Of a stretch of DNA of 64,000 bases, positions 30,683 to 41,850 are shown in pieces. Source of the stretch: an uncultured delta proteobacterium (GTDB lineage: Bacteria > Desulfobacterota > WTBG01 > CAIYCZ01); the NCBI GenBank assembly GCA_963803975.1, contig CAWDOY010000048.1, positions 1 through 64,000 on the forward strand. Direction: 5' to 3'. Both the position numbers and the translations under genes were made by a program. The notes under the pieces are model-generated. The model worked only from the letters and a program-made list of their open reading frames with translations. It had not been told where the DNA came from and made no database searches. Every line of letters begins with the position of its first letter. Within the stretch, counting starts at the first letter, position 1.

Positions 30683-33290
30683 ATGTTATCAAACAATTAT
30701 AGGCGCATGACGTTGGTTAACAGCATAATATTATTTGCGATGTGTTTTTCAATCTGTTCAGCGGAGAGCGCAGTACTTAAGGATCAGCGGCAACTAAACA
30801 GCATAAAAAGAATCAGCACGGTGCAAGTTCCATTCATTGTGAACAAGGGGCAGCTGCAGGATAGCAGTATACAATTTTACGCACATACTTTTGGTGGCAT
30901 TGTTTCTGTATCGCGTGACGGTCAATTGAAGTACCTGTTATTGAACGAGCAGGGGCCGGCCTGTATCATCACTGAAAAAGCTGAAGGCGGTTTGACCTGC
31001 GCAATGCAGGGGGGTACGCAAAGCCCAACCAGGGTCAGTTTTTATAAGGGTAAAAATCCTTCGAGCTGGCAAAAAAATATTAAAACGTATAGCAGTCTTG
31101 ACGTCGGAGAAATTTATAAGGGTGTCAATCTTGAGCTGAAAGCCTTTGGGAATACTGTGGAAAAAGTCTTTCAAATCTCGGCGGGAACACAACCAGAAAT
31201 AATACGAATGACCATTGAGGGCCCCCGCAAGCTGAGAGTAAATGGCAGCGGTGAACTCGAACTGATAACAGAAGGCGGAACGGTTACTTTTTCAAAACCC
31301 GTAGCATACCAGAAAACCGCAGACGGGCGGCGCTCAGTACCAGTCTCCTATGAGGTGAAAGGTAACACCTACGGCTTCAAAACAGGCAGCTATGATCGCA
31401 GCCGTGAGCTTATTATTGACCCGCTTCTTGCTTCGACATTCATCGGCGGCTCGGACGCGTATAGCCGGGCACGCTCAATGGCCCTTGACAGCAGCGGCAA
31501 TGTTTATATCACCGGCTACACGCGGGCAACCGACTTTCCTACGACCTCGGGCAGCTTCAGCACAGCTCTTGGCGGCTCTTATGATGCGTTTATCGCCAAG
31601 TTTGATCCAGATTTAAAAACCCTGCTTGCAGCCACCTATTATGGGGGCGCGGACAGCGGCGATGAAGCTAATTCCATCAGGATTGACAGCAGCAATAATG
31701 TATATATTACCGGGGAAACCGGTTCCTGGGAACTGCCCACCACATTAGATGCATTTCAGCCTGAACACAAATTTGGCAAGGTAGGATCAGATGCTTTTGT
31801 GGCCAAGTTTGACAGTAGCCTGCAGAACCTGCTGGCTGCCACCTATTTGAGCGGCAGCAATGGCGGCGCTGAAGATGTGGCTTACTGTCTGGCCATCGGT
31901 CCCAGCGGCAGTATCTATGTGGCAGGGAAGACCGATGCGCCGGACTTTCCGGTTGTCGGAGGCTATCGGGTAAAGCATCCTGCTGATTCTGATAATCCTT
32001 TTGGCGGGACATTCCAGGCATTTATTGTAAAACTTGATGCAAACCTCAGGACCATGCTTGCGGGTACGTTTTTTGGCGCTGATGAGCTTGATACGCAAGA
32101 ACGCATTCTTTCTATGACTACTGACAGCAGCGAGAACATCTATGTGGCCGGGGAAACTCAGTCAGCCAATTTACCAGCAACCGCTGGTGCTTATGATAAG
32201 ACCATAAACGACGGTACGGTTGGTCCCCGGGATGTTTTCATTGCCAAGTTTGACAGCAGCCTGGTCAATCTGCTGGCAAGCACGTTTCTGGGCGGAAGTG
32301 ATTCGGACAGCCTTGGATATGATTATCCCCAGAAAACAGACAAGACCATTACTCTTGACAGCAGCGGCAATGTGTATGTAACAGGCACAACATACTCAGA
32401 TAAGGATTTTCCCACAACACCCGGCGCATTCAGCACCACCCGGGAATATGGCGGGACGTTTGTTTCAAAGTTTGACAACAAGCTTGAGAAACTGCTGGCC
32501 TCAACGTTTCTTTGTAATGGTTCCAGTCGCTCGATTGCAATTGACCGGGACGATAACGTTTATATTGCAGGTGATTCTGAATATGAATGCCCCACCTCAT
32601 CTAATGCCTACCAGAAACCCGTGGATGAGTACGACAGCGCATACATCATCAAGCTTAACAAGGACCTGACAACCATGCGTGCCGCAACATTCCTGGGCGG
32701 CAGCGACATTGATACAGCTCTTTCCATTGCAGTGGATAACAGCAACAACATATATATCACCGGCTGGACTGAATCGCTTGACTTTCCCACGTCTGAGGGG
32801 GCCTATGACAGGAGTCTCAACTCCAGCGAAGGTGATGCAGGTGCTTTTGTGGCAAAGCTTGACAAAGACCTCTCATCCGGTGCCAGCACAACCACCACCA
32901 TCAATGTGGAATGCCCGCTTAAGCTGTCCCTCGCCGCATTCAAGCCTTACGCCATTTTATGCGCTGCGTGATTTGCTGAACAAGTCACCCCAGGGGCAGC
33001 ACCTTGTCACCACCTACTATCAGCATGCACAGGAAATAAGCAACATTCTGCGCGCGCATCCTGAGCTGCAACAGAAGACCGGTGAATTTTTATCTGACAG
33101 TATACAGATTATCAATGCGTATAGTACTGGCGCTTGCGTTGCGGTAAGTGATGATAAGCTTGAAAGAGCACAAGCAATTATGATGGAAATATCGAACTAT
33201 GGATCAGTTTTATTGCGGAAAAACTTGAGACAAGTAATGGATGATCTCAAGACTGGTAAAATCATTAACTTTACTAATGGATTACACTAG
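30683..33290 (+). CDS. SBBP beta-propeller surface protein with C-terminal CFI-box-CTERM-like domain; frameshift near 32940
   Basis: Signal peptide; FIVNKGQ and LIIDPLLASTFIGG; repeated DSSGNVYxTGxT.S.DFPTT; Thr linker; the alternative frame gives LRDLL.KSPQGQHLVTTYYQHAQEI to 33290. Confidence 0.8.
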
Positions 33291-33394
33291 TTAAACTACA
33301 CACCCACAGGACAGGATAGCGGTACATCAGCATACGTCGCAATAACAAAGAATATGCACAAAAAAGCAGGGGGTATTTTTCAGACGCCGGCTAT

Positions 33395-34081
33395 TTAGTT
33401 ATGCCGGTGAAATATCTGCATGGAAACCAGCCAGGCAAGAAGAATCGCGGGAAACAGCTGCCCGATCAGCGCCTCAAGCATCACCAGCATCCGGGCAAGG
33501 GGGTGGACCGGGATGATATCGCCGTACCCTACCGTTGTCAGGGTCACAAAACTGAAATAGGTCAGGTCGCTGCGCATTTCACCGGCGGTATCCTGAGGGA
33601 TTGCCCCGGACTCGAGGAATGCCCCGGGCAGTGTCAGGGCAAGGATATGGTAGAGAAAGGCCCACATAAGGCCCAGAAGAAGATATACCGCTATTGCCCC
33701 CTGTATATGCCTGCCCGTTATGCGCCCCTCTTTGAAAATCAGCACCAGGATGATTACCGTGAGCAATCCGCAGCATATAAAACTTGCCAGGGCATCAAAA
33801 GCCAGCAGCACAGTATTCTCTGAAGACAATTTCGCAAAATTAAGAACAATAGCTGTCCCGATAAATGCGGATAAAACGGTCGTGAGAAACCGGCGTTTTA
33901 CAACCATCGCCACTCCGGAAACAAGTATCAGGGAAAACAGGACGGAATTTGCAAACCTGAATAGGTACCTATTGGAAAGCGGATAGAATATAAAAATACT
34001 CAGTACCAGGAAGATGAGTATCGAGGTCAGACACGTATCAGTTGACCAGAAGCGTTCGAGGGATGTTTTAAATTTCTTCAT
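33395..34081 (-). CDS. Potassium channel family protein (Ion_trans_2)
   Basis: YFSFVTLTTVGYGD selectivity filter plus TM helices. Confidence 0.9.
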   Translation of the reverse strand: MKKFKTSLERFWSTDTCLTSILIFLVLSIFIFYPLSNRYLFRFANSVLFSLILVSGVAMVVKRRFLTTVLSAFIGTAIVLNFAKLSSENTVLLAFDALASFICCGLLTVIILVLIFKEGRITGRHIQGAIAVYLLLGLMWAFLYHILALTLPGAFLESGAIPQDTAGEMRSDLTYFSFVTLTTVGYGDIIPVHPLARMLVMLEALIGQLFPAILLAWLVSMQIFHRHN

Positions 34082-35550
34082 GCAGCCGGCTTGCTGTTAT
34101 TTTGCAGGTGCTGAAGCCCCCGTTTGTTCAGCGGGGAAGAGTTGATGGTCATACGTTCAGCCTTTACAATCCAGCCGCCGCCCATGGCCTTGTAGAGGTT
34201 TATCAGTGCCCTGAACAGATCCCCGTGGGTCTGGGTGTAGGAAAGCTCCACATTAAACAGGGTGCGCTCGGCATCAAGCACCTCGATATAGCTGGTGTAG
34301 CCTTCGTCAAAGCGCAGGCGGGCTATACGGGCATAGTTGCGCAGCGACTCCACCTGGCGTGCCTGTGCCTGCAAACGCTCTCCGGTCTTTTGCTGATCGA
34401 TCAGCGCGTCATCGACCTCGCGGAATGCATTCTGGATAACCTGCTGGTAGCTGGCGAGTGTCTGCTGCTGGATGGCTTTTGCAGATGTGACCAGTCCGGC
34501 AATCCCGCCGGCAGTAAATATCGGAACTGATGACTGCACTGCATAACTCCAGATTTTCGATGGACCGGAGAACAGATCATTCAGGGCAGCGCTTGCTGCA
34601 CCCCAGTCTCCGGTGAGGGAAATGGTGGGGAAATACAGGGAGCGGGCAACGCCGATGCGCGCATTGGCTGCAATGAGGTCCTGCTCGGCCTGGAGTATGT
34701 CAGGGCGCCGCTCAAGGATAGCTGATGGCACACCAGCCGGAACCCCCGGCAGTACCAGCTGATCTATGTTCTTTCCCCGTGGAATCGCCCGGGGGTTCTG
34801 GCCAAGCAGGATACTCAGGGCATTTTCCTGCTGGGCGATGAGCTTCTCATACAACGGTACGGTTGCCAGCGCATCTTCATACTCTGATTTCACCTGGCTC
34901 AGCTCAAGCTCTGAGATAACCCCCTGATCGAATCTCATCGTGAACAGTTTATAGGATCCCTCGCGGGTTGTGGCTGTGTATTTTGTAATTTCAAGCTGAC
35001 GGTCAAGGGAGCGCAGCTCTATGTATGCATTTGCCACCGCAGTAACCAGGGTCAGAATGACTGTGCGCCGCCCTTCTTCTGAGCCTAAAAGTTCAGCGCA
35101 GGCTGCTTCTGTTGACCGGCGCAACCGGCCCCACACATCTATTTCCCAGCCCGCGGAAATAATCCCCTGATAGCCCCGGTGGATGGGGTCAATGGAAGGG
35201 GAGAGGGGGGCGTATCCTTTCTCAGTTACCCGCTCACGAAGAGCCCGTGCGTCCGCGCCCATTTGAGGAAACAGGTTTGACCGCGTTGAACCAAAGCGTC
35301 CGATGAATTCATCAACCCGCGCGGTGGCAATACGCAGGTCTTTATTTTCCTGAAGCGCAGTCTGAATTAACTGATTAAGAACTGGATCATTGAACTGTTC
35401 CCACCATGGGGTGTTGGTAAGGTCTCGTGTTTCTTTCACTTCAAAGCGCCACGCAACGGGCGTATCTATCTTGGGCCGGAAGTAATTCGGGCCGATCATG
35501 CAGCCTGAGCACGCAATTATTAAAAAGGGAAAAATAATAAGCCTGCGCAT
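34078..35550 (-). CDS. RND efflux outer-membrane lipoprotein (NodT/OprM family)
   Basis: Lipobox CSGC-MIGPNY; WWEQFNDP, WEIDVWG, RRPDI and LYKAMGGGW. Confidence 0.93.
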   Translation of the reverse strand: MRRLIIFPFLIIACSGCMIGPNYFRPKIDTPVAWRFEVKETRDLTNTPWWEQFNDPVLNQLIQTALQENKDLRIATARVDEFIGRFGSTRSNLFPQMGADARALRERVTEKGYAPLSPSIDPIHRGYQGIISAGWEIDVWGRLRRSTEAACAELLGSEEGRRTVILTLVTAVANAYIELRSLDRQLEITKYTATTREGSYKLFTMRFDQGVISELELSQVKSEYEDALATVPLYEKLIAQQENALSILLGQNPRAIPRGKNIDQLVLPGVPAGVPSAILERRPDILQAEQDLIAANARIGVARSLYFPTISLTGDWGAASAALNDLFSGPSKIWSYAVQSSVPIFTAGGIAGLVTSAKAIQQQTLASYQQVIQNAFREVDDALIDQQKTGERLQAQARQVESLRNYARIARLRFDEGYTSYIEVLDAERTLFNVELSYTQTHGDLFRALINLYKAMGGGWIVKAERMTINSSPLNKRGLQHLQNNSKPAA

Positions 35551-35551
35551 A

Positions 35552-38500
35552 TTAATGGCCCCCCTTCTGTGTCTGCTCACTGTGAGGTGTTCCTTTGTGT
35601 GAACGCTTCTCAACGACATAAAATGTAACCGGAATCAGGAAGATGGCAATGAAGCTTGCCGCCAGCATGCCGCCGATGACCGTGAAGCCCATGACCTGGC
35701 GGGACAGCGCACCGGCACCGCTCGATGTAGCCAGCGGCACGCAGCCGAGAATGAAGGCAAAGCTTGTCATCAGTATGGGCCGCAAGCGCAGGCGCGCGCC
35801 TTCAAGTGCAGCTTCCATGAGCGGCTTGCCCTGGTCGTAGCCCATCTTGGCAAATTCGACGATCAGGATGGCATTCTTTGCGGCAAGACCGATGAGCATG
35901 ACCAGGCCGATTTGCGCATAGATGTTGTTCTCAAATCTGCCGACCATAAGCCCGGCAAAAGCGCCAAAAATAGCGATTGGTGTGCCAAGCAACACGCTAA
36001 ACGGAAGTGCCCAGCTTTCGTACTGGGCTGCGAGGATGAGAAACACGCACAGGAGCGAGAAGCCGAAGATGACTAACGGCGATACGCCTTCCTGCGCCTG
36101 CTTTTCCTGGAAGCTCATGCCGAGGTAATCAAAGCCCATTTCGCGGGGCATGGTTTCTTTAAACACCTGTTCGAGCGCAGCCATGGCTTGCGCTGAGCTG
36201 TAGCCGGGCTTGGCAGAGGCGTTGATCTGTGCGCTGCGGTAGAGATTATAGCGCATGGTAAATTCCGGGCCTGCCGTGTTGCGCACATTGGTCAGGGCAG
36301 CAAGCGGCACCGTGGAGCCGTCGTCATTGCGCACGTAGAACTGGTTGAGGTACTCTGCCTTTGCGCGATAATCGCCCTCAGCCTGCACGTAAATCTGCCA
36401 CTGCCGGCCAAAGCGGTTGAAGTAGTTCACAAACACGCCGCCCATGAAGCACTGCAGCGTCTTATACACATCTGCCAGGTTTATGCCCTGCTTGAGCACC
36501 TTGTCGCGGTCCACATCAACAAACACCTGAGGCACGGTGGGAAGAAAGGTAGTGCTCACGCTTGCCAGCTCCGGCCGCTTCCGGGCTGCTTCGAGAAACG
36601 TTCTCACGTTGCCGGCGAGAAACGAGATGTCTTTACCTGCGCGGTCTTCGAGGATGAATGTCACGCCGCCTGCAGCGCCAATGCCGGGAATTGCCGGCGG
36701 TGAAAAGGCAAAGCCAATCGCGCCCGGAATATTTTTAAACTCACTGTTCAGGTGCGCCATGATGGCTTCGTATTTTTCATCGGGCTTTTTGCGCAGGGCC
36801 CACTCCTCCAGCGTGATGAAGAAAAAGCCGCTGTAGGTGTTCTGCACCTGGCTCAACATGCTGTAGCCGACAACAGATGAATAATACTTGACGCCGGGCG
36901 TTTTGCTCAGGATCTCCTCGGCCTGTTTCATGACGTCATTAGTGCGCTGCAGCGATGCCGCATCCGGCAGCTGCACGCCTGCATACATGTAGCCCTGGTC
37001 CTCCTCCGGCAAAAAGCTGGTTGGAATCCGTGAGCCCAGCAAACCGGTTAATACCGTCACACCCGCGAGCAGTATGAGGCTCATAAAACTCTTGCGGATG
37101 AGCAGCCCGCAGTATTTCACATAGCCGTCGGTTGCACGGCCAAAGACCCGGTTGAAGCCGTCAAAAAATCTCTGCAGCAGGCCGGAGCTTTTTTTCTTTG
37201 GCCTGAGAAGCAGGGCGGAAAGGGCAGGGCTCAGCGTGAGGGCATTGAATGCGGAAATGATGACCGACACGGCGATGGTCACGGCAAACTGCTGGTAGAG
37301 CCTGCCGGTAATGCCGGGGATGAACGCAGTCGGCACAAACACTGCTGCCAGTATGATGGCAATGGCAATGACCGGGCCGGACACTTCTTCCATTGCCTTG
37401 AGCGTGGCCTCCTTGGGCGTCATGCCGTGCTCGATGTGATGCTCAACTGCCTCCACCACCACGATGGCATCATCCACAACCAGGCCGATGGCCAGCACCA
37501 GCCCGAACAGCGACAGCGTATTGATTGAAAAACCAAACAGCGGGAAGAGCGCAAACGTGCCCACCAGCGAAACCGGCACTGCCAGCAGCGGGATGAGCGT
37601 TGCCCGCCATCCCTGGAGGAACAGAAACACCACGATAATAACCAGTATGAGCGCCTCATAGAGGGTCTTGATTATTTCATTGATGCCTTCGGTGACCGCA
37701 AGTGTTGTATCCAGCGCCACCACATAGTCCATATCCTGCGGGAAGTTCTGCTTGATCTGCTCCATCAGCTTTTTTGCCCCGTCAGCCGCATCGATGGCAT
37801 TGGAGCCGGGCAACTGATACAGTGCAATGAGAGCTGCAGGTTTGCCGTTGAGCCGGCCTTCCAGGTTGTACGTTTGAGCGCCGAGTTCAATCCGGGCAAC
37901 ATCTTTGAGGCGCACGATGGAACCGTCAGCTTGTGCGCGCAAGACCATGTTGCCGAATTCTTCCGTAGTTTGTAAACGTCCCAGCGCGCGGACCGCATAG
38001 GTGAATTCCTGTCCCTTTGGCACCGGTTCAGCGCCGATCTGCCCGGCAGGATTCACGGTGTTCTGTGCCTGTATGGCATTGACTATCTCGGGGATGGTAA
38101 TGTTGAGCTTGGCGAGCAGGTCAGGCTTCACCCAGAAGCGCATCGCATATTGGCCGGCCCCGAATATCGTAACGCTGGCAATGCCTTTAACGCGGGTCAT
38201 CTGGTCGTTTATATTGATGTAGGCATAGTTCGCGAGATAAATATTATCATAGGTGCCATTCGGCGAGAAGAGCGCGAACATGATGAGCGGCGCTACCGTT
38301 GACTTAACAACCGTGACGCCATAGTTGCGCACATCGGAAGGCAATTGGGACTCTGCCTGGCTCTGACGCATCTGTGCCAGTATCTGGTCGGTATTAGGAT
38401 CGGTATTAACGTCAAAGTTGACGCGCAGGGTCATCTGCCCGTTGTTGGCGTTGAGGGAGAACATGTAGTTCATATTGTCCACGCCGGACATCTGCTGCTC

Positions 38501-38695
38501 AATGGGGGTGGCAACAGACTGCTCGACGGTAACGGCATCCGCACCCACATAGGTGGTTTGTATCTGGATTTCAGGGGGGACAATGTTGGGGAACTGCGCG
38601 ATGGGCAGGCCCGACATCGCCACCAGCCCTATAATGACCATCAGAATGGAAATCACGATGGCCACGATGGGTCGGTTAATGAAGAATTTTGCCAT
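35552..38695 (-). CDS. RND efflux permease (HAE1/AcrB-like)
   Basis: 1047 aa; MAKFFINRP, AIGLVVDDAIVVVE, KNAILIVEFA and RLRPILMTS. Confidence 0.96.
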   Translation of the reverse strand: MAKFFINRPIVAIVISILMVIIGLVAMSGLPIAQFPNIVPPEIQIQTTYVGADAVTVEQSVATPIEQQMSGVDNMNYMFSLNANNGQMTLRVNFDVNTDPNTDQILAQMRQSQAESQLPSDVRNYGVTVVKSTVAPLIMFALFSPNGTYDNIYLANYAYININDQMTRVKGIASVTIFGAGQYAMRFWVKPDLLAKLNITIPEIVNAIQAQNTVNPAGQIGAEPVPKGQEFTYAVRALGRLQTTEEFGNMVLRAQADGSIVRLKDVARIELGAQTYNLEGRLNGKPAALIALYQLPGSNAIDAADGAKKLMEQIKQNFPQDMDYVVALDTTLAVTEGINEIIKTLYEALILVIIVVFLFLQGWRATLIPLLAVPVSLVGTFALFPLFGFSINTLSLFGLVLAIGLVVDDAIVVVEAVEHHIEHGMTPKEATLKAMEEVSGPVIAIAIILAAVFVPTAFIPGITGRLYQQFAVTIAVSVIISAFNALTLSPALSALLLRPKKKSSGLLQRFFDGFNRVFGRATDGYVKYCGLLIRKSFMSLILLAGVTVLTGLLGSRIPTSFLPEEDQGYMYAGVQLPDAASLQRTNDVMKQAEEILSKTPGVKYYSSVVGYSMLSQVQNTYSGFFFITLEEWALRKKPDEKYEAIMAHLNSEFKNIPGAIGFAFSPPAIPGIGAAGGVTFILEDRAGKDISFLAGNVRTFLEAARKRPELASVSTTFLPTVPQVFVDVDRDKVLKQGINLADVYKTLQCFMGGVFVNYFNRFGRQWQIYVQAEGDYRAKAEYLNQFYVRNDDGSTVPLAALTNVRNTAGPEFTMRYNLYRSAQINASAKPGYSSAQAMAALEQVFKETMPREMGFDYLGMSFQEKQAQEGVSPLVIFGFSLLCVFLILAAQYESWALPFSVLLGTPIAIFGAFAGLMVGRFENNIYAQIGLVMLIGLAAKNAILIVEFAKMGYDQGKPLMEAALEGARLRLRPILMTSFAFILGCVPLATSSGAGALSRQVMGFTVIGGMLAASFIAIFLIPVTFYVVEKRSHKGTPHSEQTQKGGH

Positions 38696-38700
38696 GGTGC

Positions 38701-39903
38701 CTACCTCTTCTCAGAATCTTTTGGTGCTGCAGGTGCAGTTTCAGCTTTTGCTGAGGCCTCAGAAGTCTTTGACACAACCAGCATGCCCTCTCTGACCTTC
38801 TGGATTCCTTCTGCGACGACGCGCTCTCCCGGCTTCAGACCTTCTGTTATAATCCAGAGTGAGCCAATTCGTTCAGCAACCTTTACCGGCCGGATACTTA
38901 CTTTGTTATCTGCACTGACTACTGCCACCTGGTAACTGCCCTGCTGCTCGGTAACTGCCCGCTGGGGAACCAGTAATGCGCCATTCCTGATTGCGGTTGC
39001 TGCCTTTATCCGGGCAAACTGTCCGGGCCGGAGTAAATTCCCTGGATTTGGAAAAATCGTGGCAACCCTGATGGTGCCGGTCTTCACATCCACCTGGCGG
39101 TCTGCAAAGGCAATTTCTCCTTTATGGGGATAGGTGCTTCCATCGGCAAGTATAAGCTCAAGGGCGATTTTCTGCTTTTCTGCTGACCCCTTCTGCATCG
39201 CTTTAATGTATTCCTGCTCGCTGATGGGAACATACGCTTTGATAGGATCAACGGTGGAAACCGTAGTTAACTCTTCAATCTGGCCGGAACCCACGAGGTC
39301 TCCAATCTGCGCTTTGGCAATCCCGGCAATGCCATCAAGGGGGGAGGTTATCCTGGTAAAACCAAGATCGAGTTTAGCCTTTTCAACCGCCGCCTGCGCT
39401 GAAAGCACTGCTGCATGTGTTGCCTGTTCAGATCCAACAGCATTATCGAGGTCCCGTTTACTGACAGCATTTTGCTCTGCGAGCGGCCTGATGCGCTTGA
39501 GGTTGGCCTTTGCTGTGTCCCACCCTGCCTGCTGCAGGCCGAGTTCTCCTTTGGACTGATCAAGCGTCGCCTGAAACGGCCGTGGGTCTATTTCAAACAA
39601 CACCTGGCCTTTTTTCACCAGATCGCCTTCTTTGTAGTTCTGCTTGATAAGGTAGCCGGTGACCTGCGCCCGGATGGTTGCATTCACCAGACCATCAGTG
39701 GTGCCGACCCATTCTGAATAAACCGGCACATCCTTCTGCACAACATCCACGACATCAACCTCTGGCGCCTGCGGCGCTGCTTTCTCCTCTTTAGCGCACC
39801 CTGTTGCAAAAATAACCAGCAGGCTCATGGCAAGCACCCTGCAGGTCAGAAAAAACGGCTTCAGGGCATTACTGCTCATTGTTTTTTGTGCAGCGTTATT
39901 CAT
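38701..39903 (-). CDS. RND periplasmic adaptor (MFP) lipoprotein
   Basis: Lipobox ATGC; IRAQVTG, FEIDPRPF, NPGNLLRPGQF and GLKPGERVVAEG. Confidence 0.93.
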   Translation of the reverse strand: MNNAAQKTMSSNALKPFFLTCRVLAMSLLVIFATGCAKEEKAAPQAPEVDVVDVVQKDVPVYSEWVGTTDGLVNATIRAQVTGYLIKQNYKEGDLVKKGQVLFEIDPRPFQATLDQSKGELGLQQAGWDTAKANLKRIRPLAEQNAVSKRDLDNAVGSEQATHAAVLSAQAAVEKAKLDLGFTRITSPLDGIAGIAKAQIGDLVGSGQIEELTTVSTVDPIKAYVPISEQEYIKAMQKGSAEKQKIALELILADGSTYPHKGEIAFADRQVDVKTGTIRVATIFPNPGNLLRPGQFARIKAATAIRNGALLVPQRAVTEQQGSYQVAVVSADNKVSIRPVKVAERIGSLWIITEGLKPGERVVAEGIQKVREGMLVVSKTSEASAKAETAPAAPKDSEKR

Positions 39904-40144
39904 GCTCGTTCTCCTGTAAACGTATGATTCTCGTTATATGTATTAAGAGCTTATAAAACAGGCAGGTGTAAATAATTTGTTTAAAGGGAAGTTAATTTTG
40001 GATATATTATTAAATAATATCAATCCATTGTCTATGGTAATTTTATATTTTAGAGAACCTGCTATCACAATAATATTGTTGCAGAATGGCAGGGCCATTA
40101 CTGACCCTGCCTTAAATGTTTTTGTTTTGTCATTTTATACCTTA

Positions 40145-40812
40145 CTACTTGCTATGTACATCATCCAAAACAGTCCGCAGCCGCTGCGCCCAGAATTTAA
40201 ACGCTTCTTCAGCAGTCCCGAACTTGCTCATGCTGTCCAGCTTACCGCCCGACCTGCGGTCAACTCCCTCGGCGAGCACCTGGTTGGTTGATGAGTCGAG
40301 AACCGCAAACTCCATGCTGATTTCGCCTACTCCGGTACCTTTTCCTGTCACCCCGCTCTTTACGGTGCTGATTGCCAGACCCACCGGCAAAACCGTGGAT
40401 ACGGCGTTAATTGCACGGTTCGGCAGTTCCAGTTCTGTTATGGCCACCCTGAGGCGCATGACATTGGGGCCGAATTTGGCAGTCAGGGGATAGGCACTGC
40501 CCAGGGCATCTATAAATGCACGGCTGAAGGCATCTGACAGCTCTTTCATCTCGTCTGCATCAATGCCTTTGTCCGCTGCATCGTCCTTGAAATAAAACCG
40601 CACCTGGTCAAGCATTATTTTGTTGTATTGTTTGAAATCAACTCCCGGTTTTATGTAACGCATGGCTACGCCGCCTTCCGGGCCGGGCTCCAGCCTTGAA
40701 TAATCCTGGAGAAAACCGGAATATTCCTTTACCGTGAGTTTCTGTCCCGCACACCCGGCAGCCAGACACAGGCTGATTACAGCAAAGATAACAGTTTGAA
40801 TAAATTTTTCAT
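40145..40812 (-). CDS. DUF3313-like lipoprotein; 1-nt deletion in the signal peptide
   Basis: SD AAGGAG and ATG at 40812; AGC lipobox; YSGFLQDYSRL..GPEGG, LRVAITE and DSSTNQVLAEGVDRR. Confidence 0.75.
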
Positions 40813-40853
40813 AACAACTCCTTTCAGCTTATAAAATTGTTGATAACTGTTTG

Positions 40854-40916
40854 ATCTGGAACTCAGGAACTCATGAAGGTAAGAATAAAAATTTCCTGAT
40901 TTCTCGAGTTCCAGAT
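40854..40916. repeat. Small inverted-repeat element (ATCTGGAACTC...GAGTTCCAGAT)
   Basis: 11-bp perfect terminal inverted repeat; related copies at 46047-46215 and a half copy at 22369-22384. Confidence 0.7.
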
Positions 40917-40993
40917 TGAAATTTCTTTGCATATTTACAAGGAATATAGTCTTACCGATCAATCCCGATTCCCCGATTCACCCATTCACCGAA

Positions 40994-41251
40994 TTAACCC
41001 ATCACTTCCGCACCGAGCAGCACGCCTTTGGGCAGCTTTGGCGGCGCAGGCGAAATTTCGATATACTTGATGTTGCGCACGGGAATGATCAGCAGGCGTC
41101 CTTCAACTTCGGCCATGATGCGGTCGGCTTCAAGCGCCTTTTTTATCGTTGATGCAATCTCGATGGGATCGTTACCAGCCTGCCGCGGCCAGCGCAGCGT
41201 AAGTTTCGTCTTGTCCATGAAGTAGATGGTGCCATATACGGTTGTTTCCAT
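40994..41251 (-). CDS. Small hypothetical protein
   Basis: SD AAGGGAG; 85 aa ending IPVRNIKYIEISPAPPKLPKGVLLGA. Confidence 0.65.
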   Translation of the reverse strand: METTVYGTIYFMDKTKLTLRWPRQAGNDPIEIASTIKKALEADRIMAEVEGRLLIIPVRNIKYIEISPAPPKLPKGVLLGAEVMG

Positions 41252-41330
41252 GTCTGGTCTCCCTTTGCTGTTCATCGTTCTATTTTGCGCGCCCCTCTGC
41301 GAGGCGGTTTAAAAACTATTCTGAGAATGG

Positions 41331-41813
41331 TTATTTGATCAGCGGTATTTTTGCGGCAAGCTCAAATCTAACCATCGCGTTAATCTTACTTTCAAGCTGC
41401 AGGTAGCGGGTGACCTTTTTGACCGGCAGCGTCTTGCGGAGCGTGCGAAAATAGAGCTCCTTGAGCTTCAGCTGGTCCCGCTCAATTGCCAGATATTCAT
41501 CAACCATTTTTACGGCATCCGGATCAGACAAATTCTTATAGTTCTTTGCGTAATCATCAATCAGTTTTATAAGACGGTCGTTTATCTTCTGCAGGTCAAA
41601 TTGATAGCTGTTATAATACGGCCAGAATTCTTTTCCTTCCGCTTCAGTCAGCTGCAGGTATTCTGCGATGTAAGCCTTTTTGTCCGCCTGAAGCGCATCT
41701 CTGAGGGCATCCATGCTGCCGGTCTGTTCTTCCGCCGTAACAGGCAATGCCGCCGGGATCAGCAGCATCAAGACTACTGCGGTCAACAATTTGGTTCTGC
41801 AGATTTTTATCAT
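41331..41813 (-). CDS. Exported helical protein (Spy/CpxP-like pattern)
   Basis: Signal peptide; ADKK.YIAEYLQLTEAEGKEFWPYYNSYQ and RYLQLESKI. Confidence 0.7.
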   Translation of the reverse strand: MIKICRTKLLTAVVLMLLIPAALPVTAEEQTGSMDALRDALQADKKAYIAEYLQLTEAEGKEFWPYYNSYQFDLQKINDRLIKLIDDYAKNYKNLSDPDAVKMVDEYLAIERDQLKLKELYFRTLRKTLPVKKVTRYLQLESKINAMVRFELAAKIPLIK

Positions 41814-41850
41814 AAAGGATTCTCCGGTTATCCAGTGCTCCCGGGCTCCA

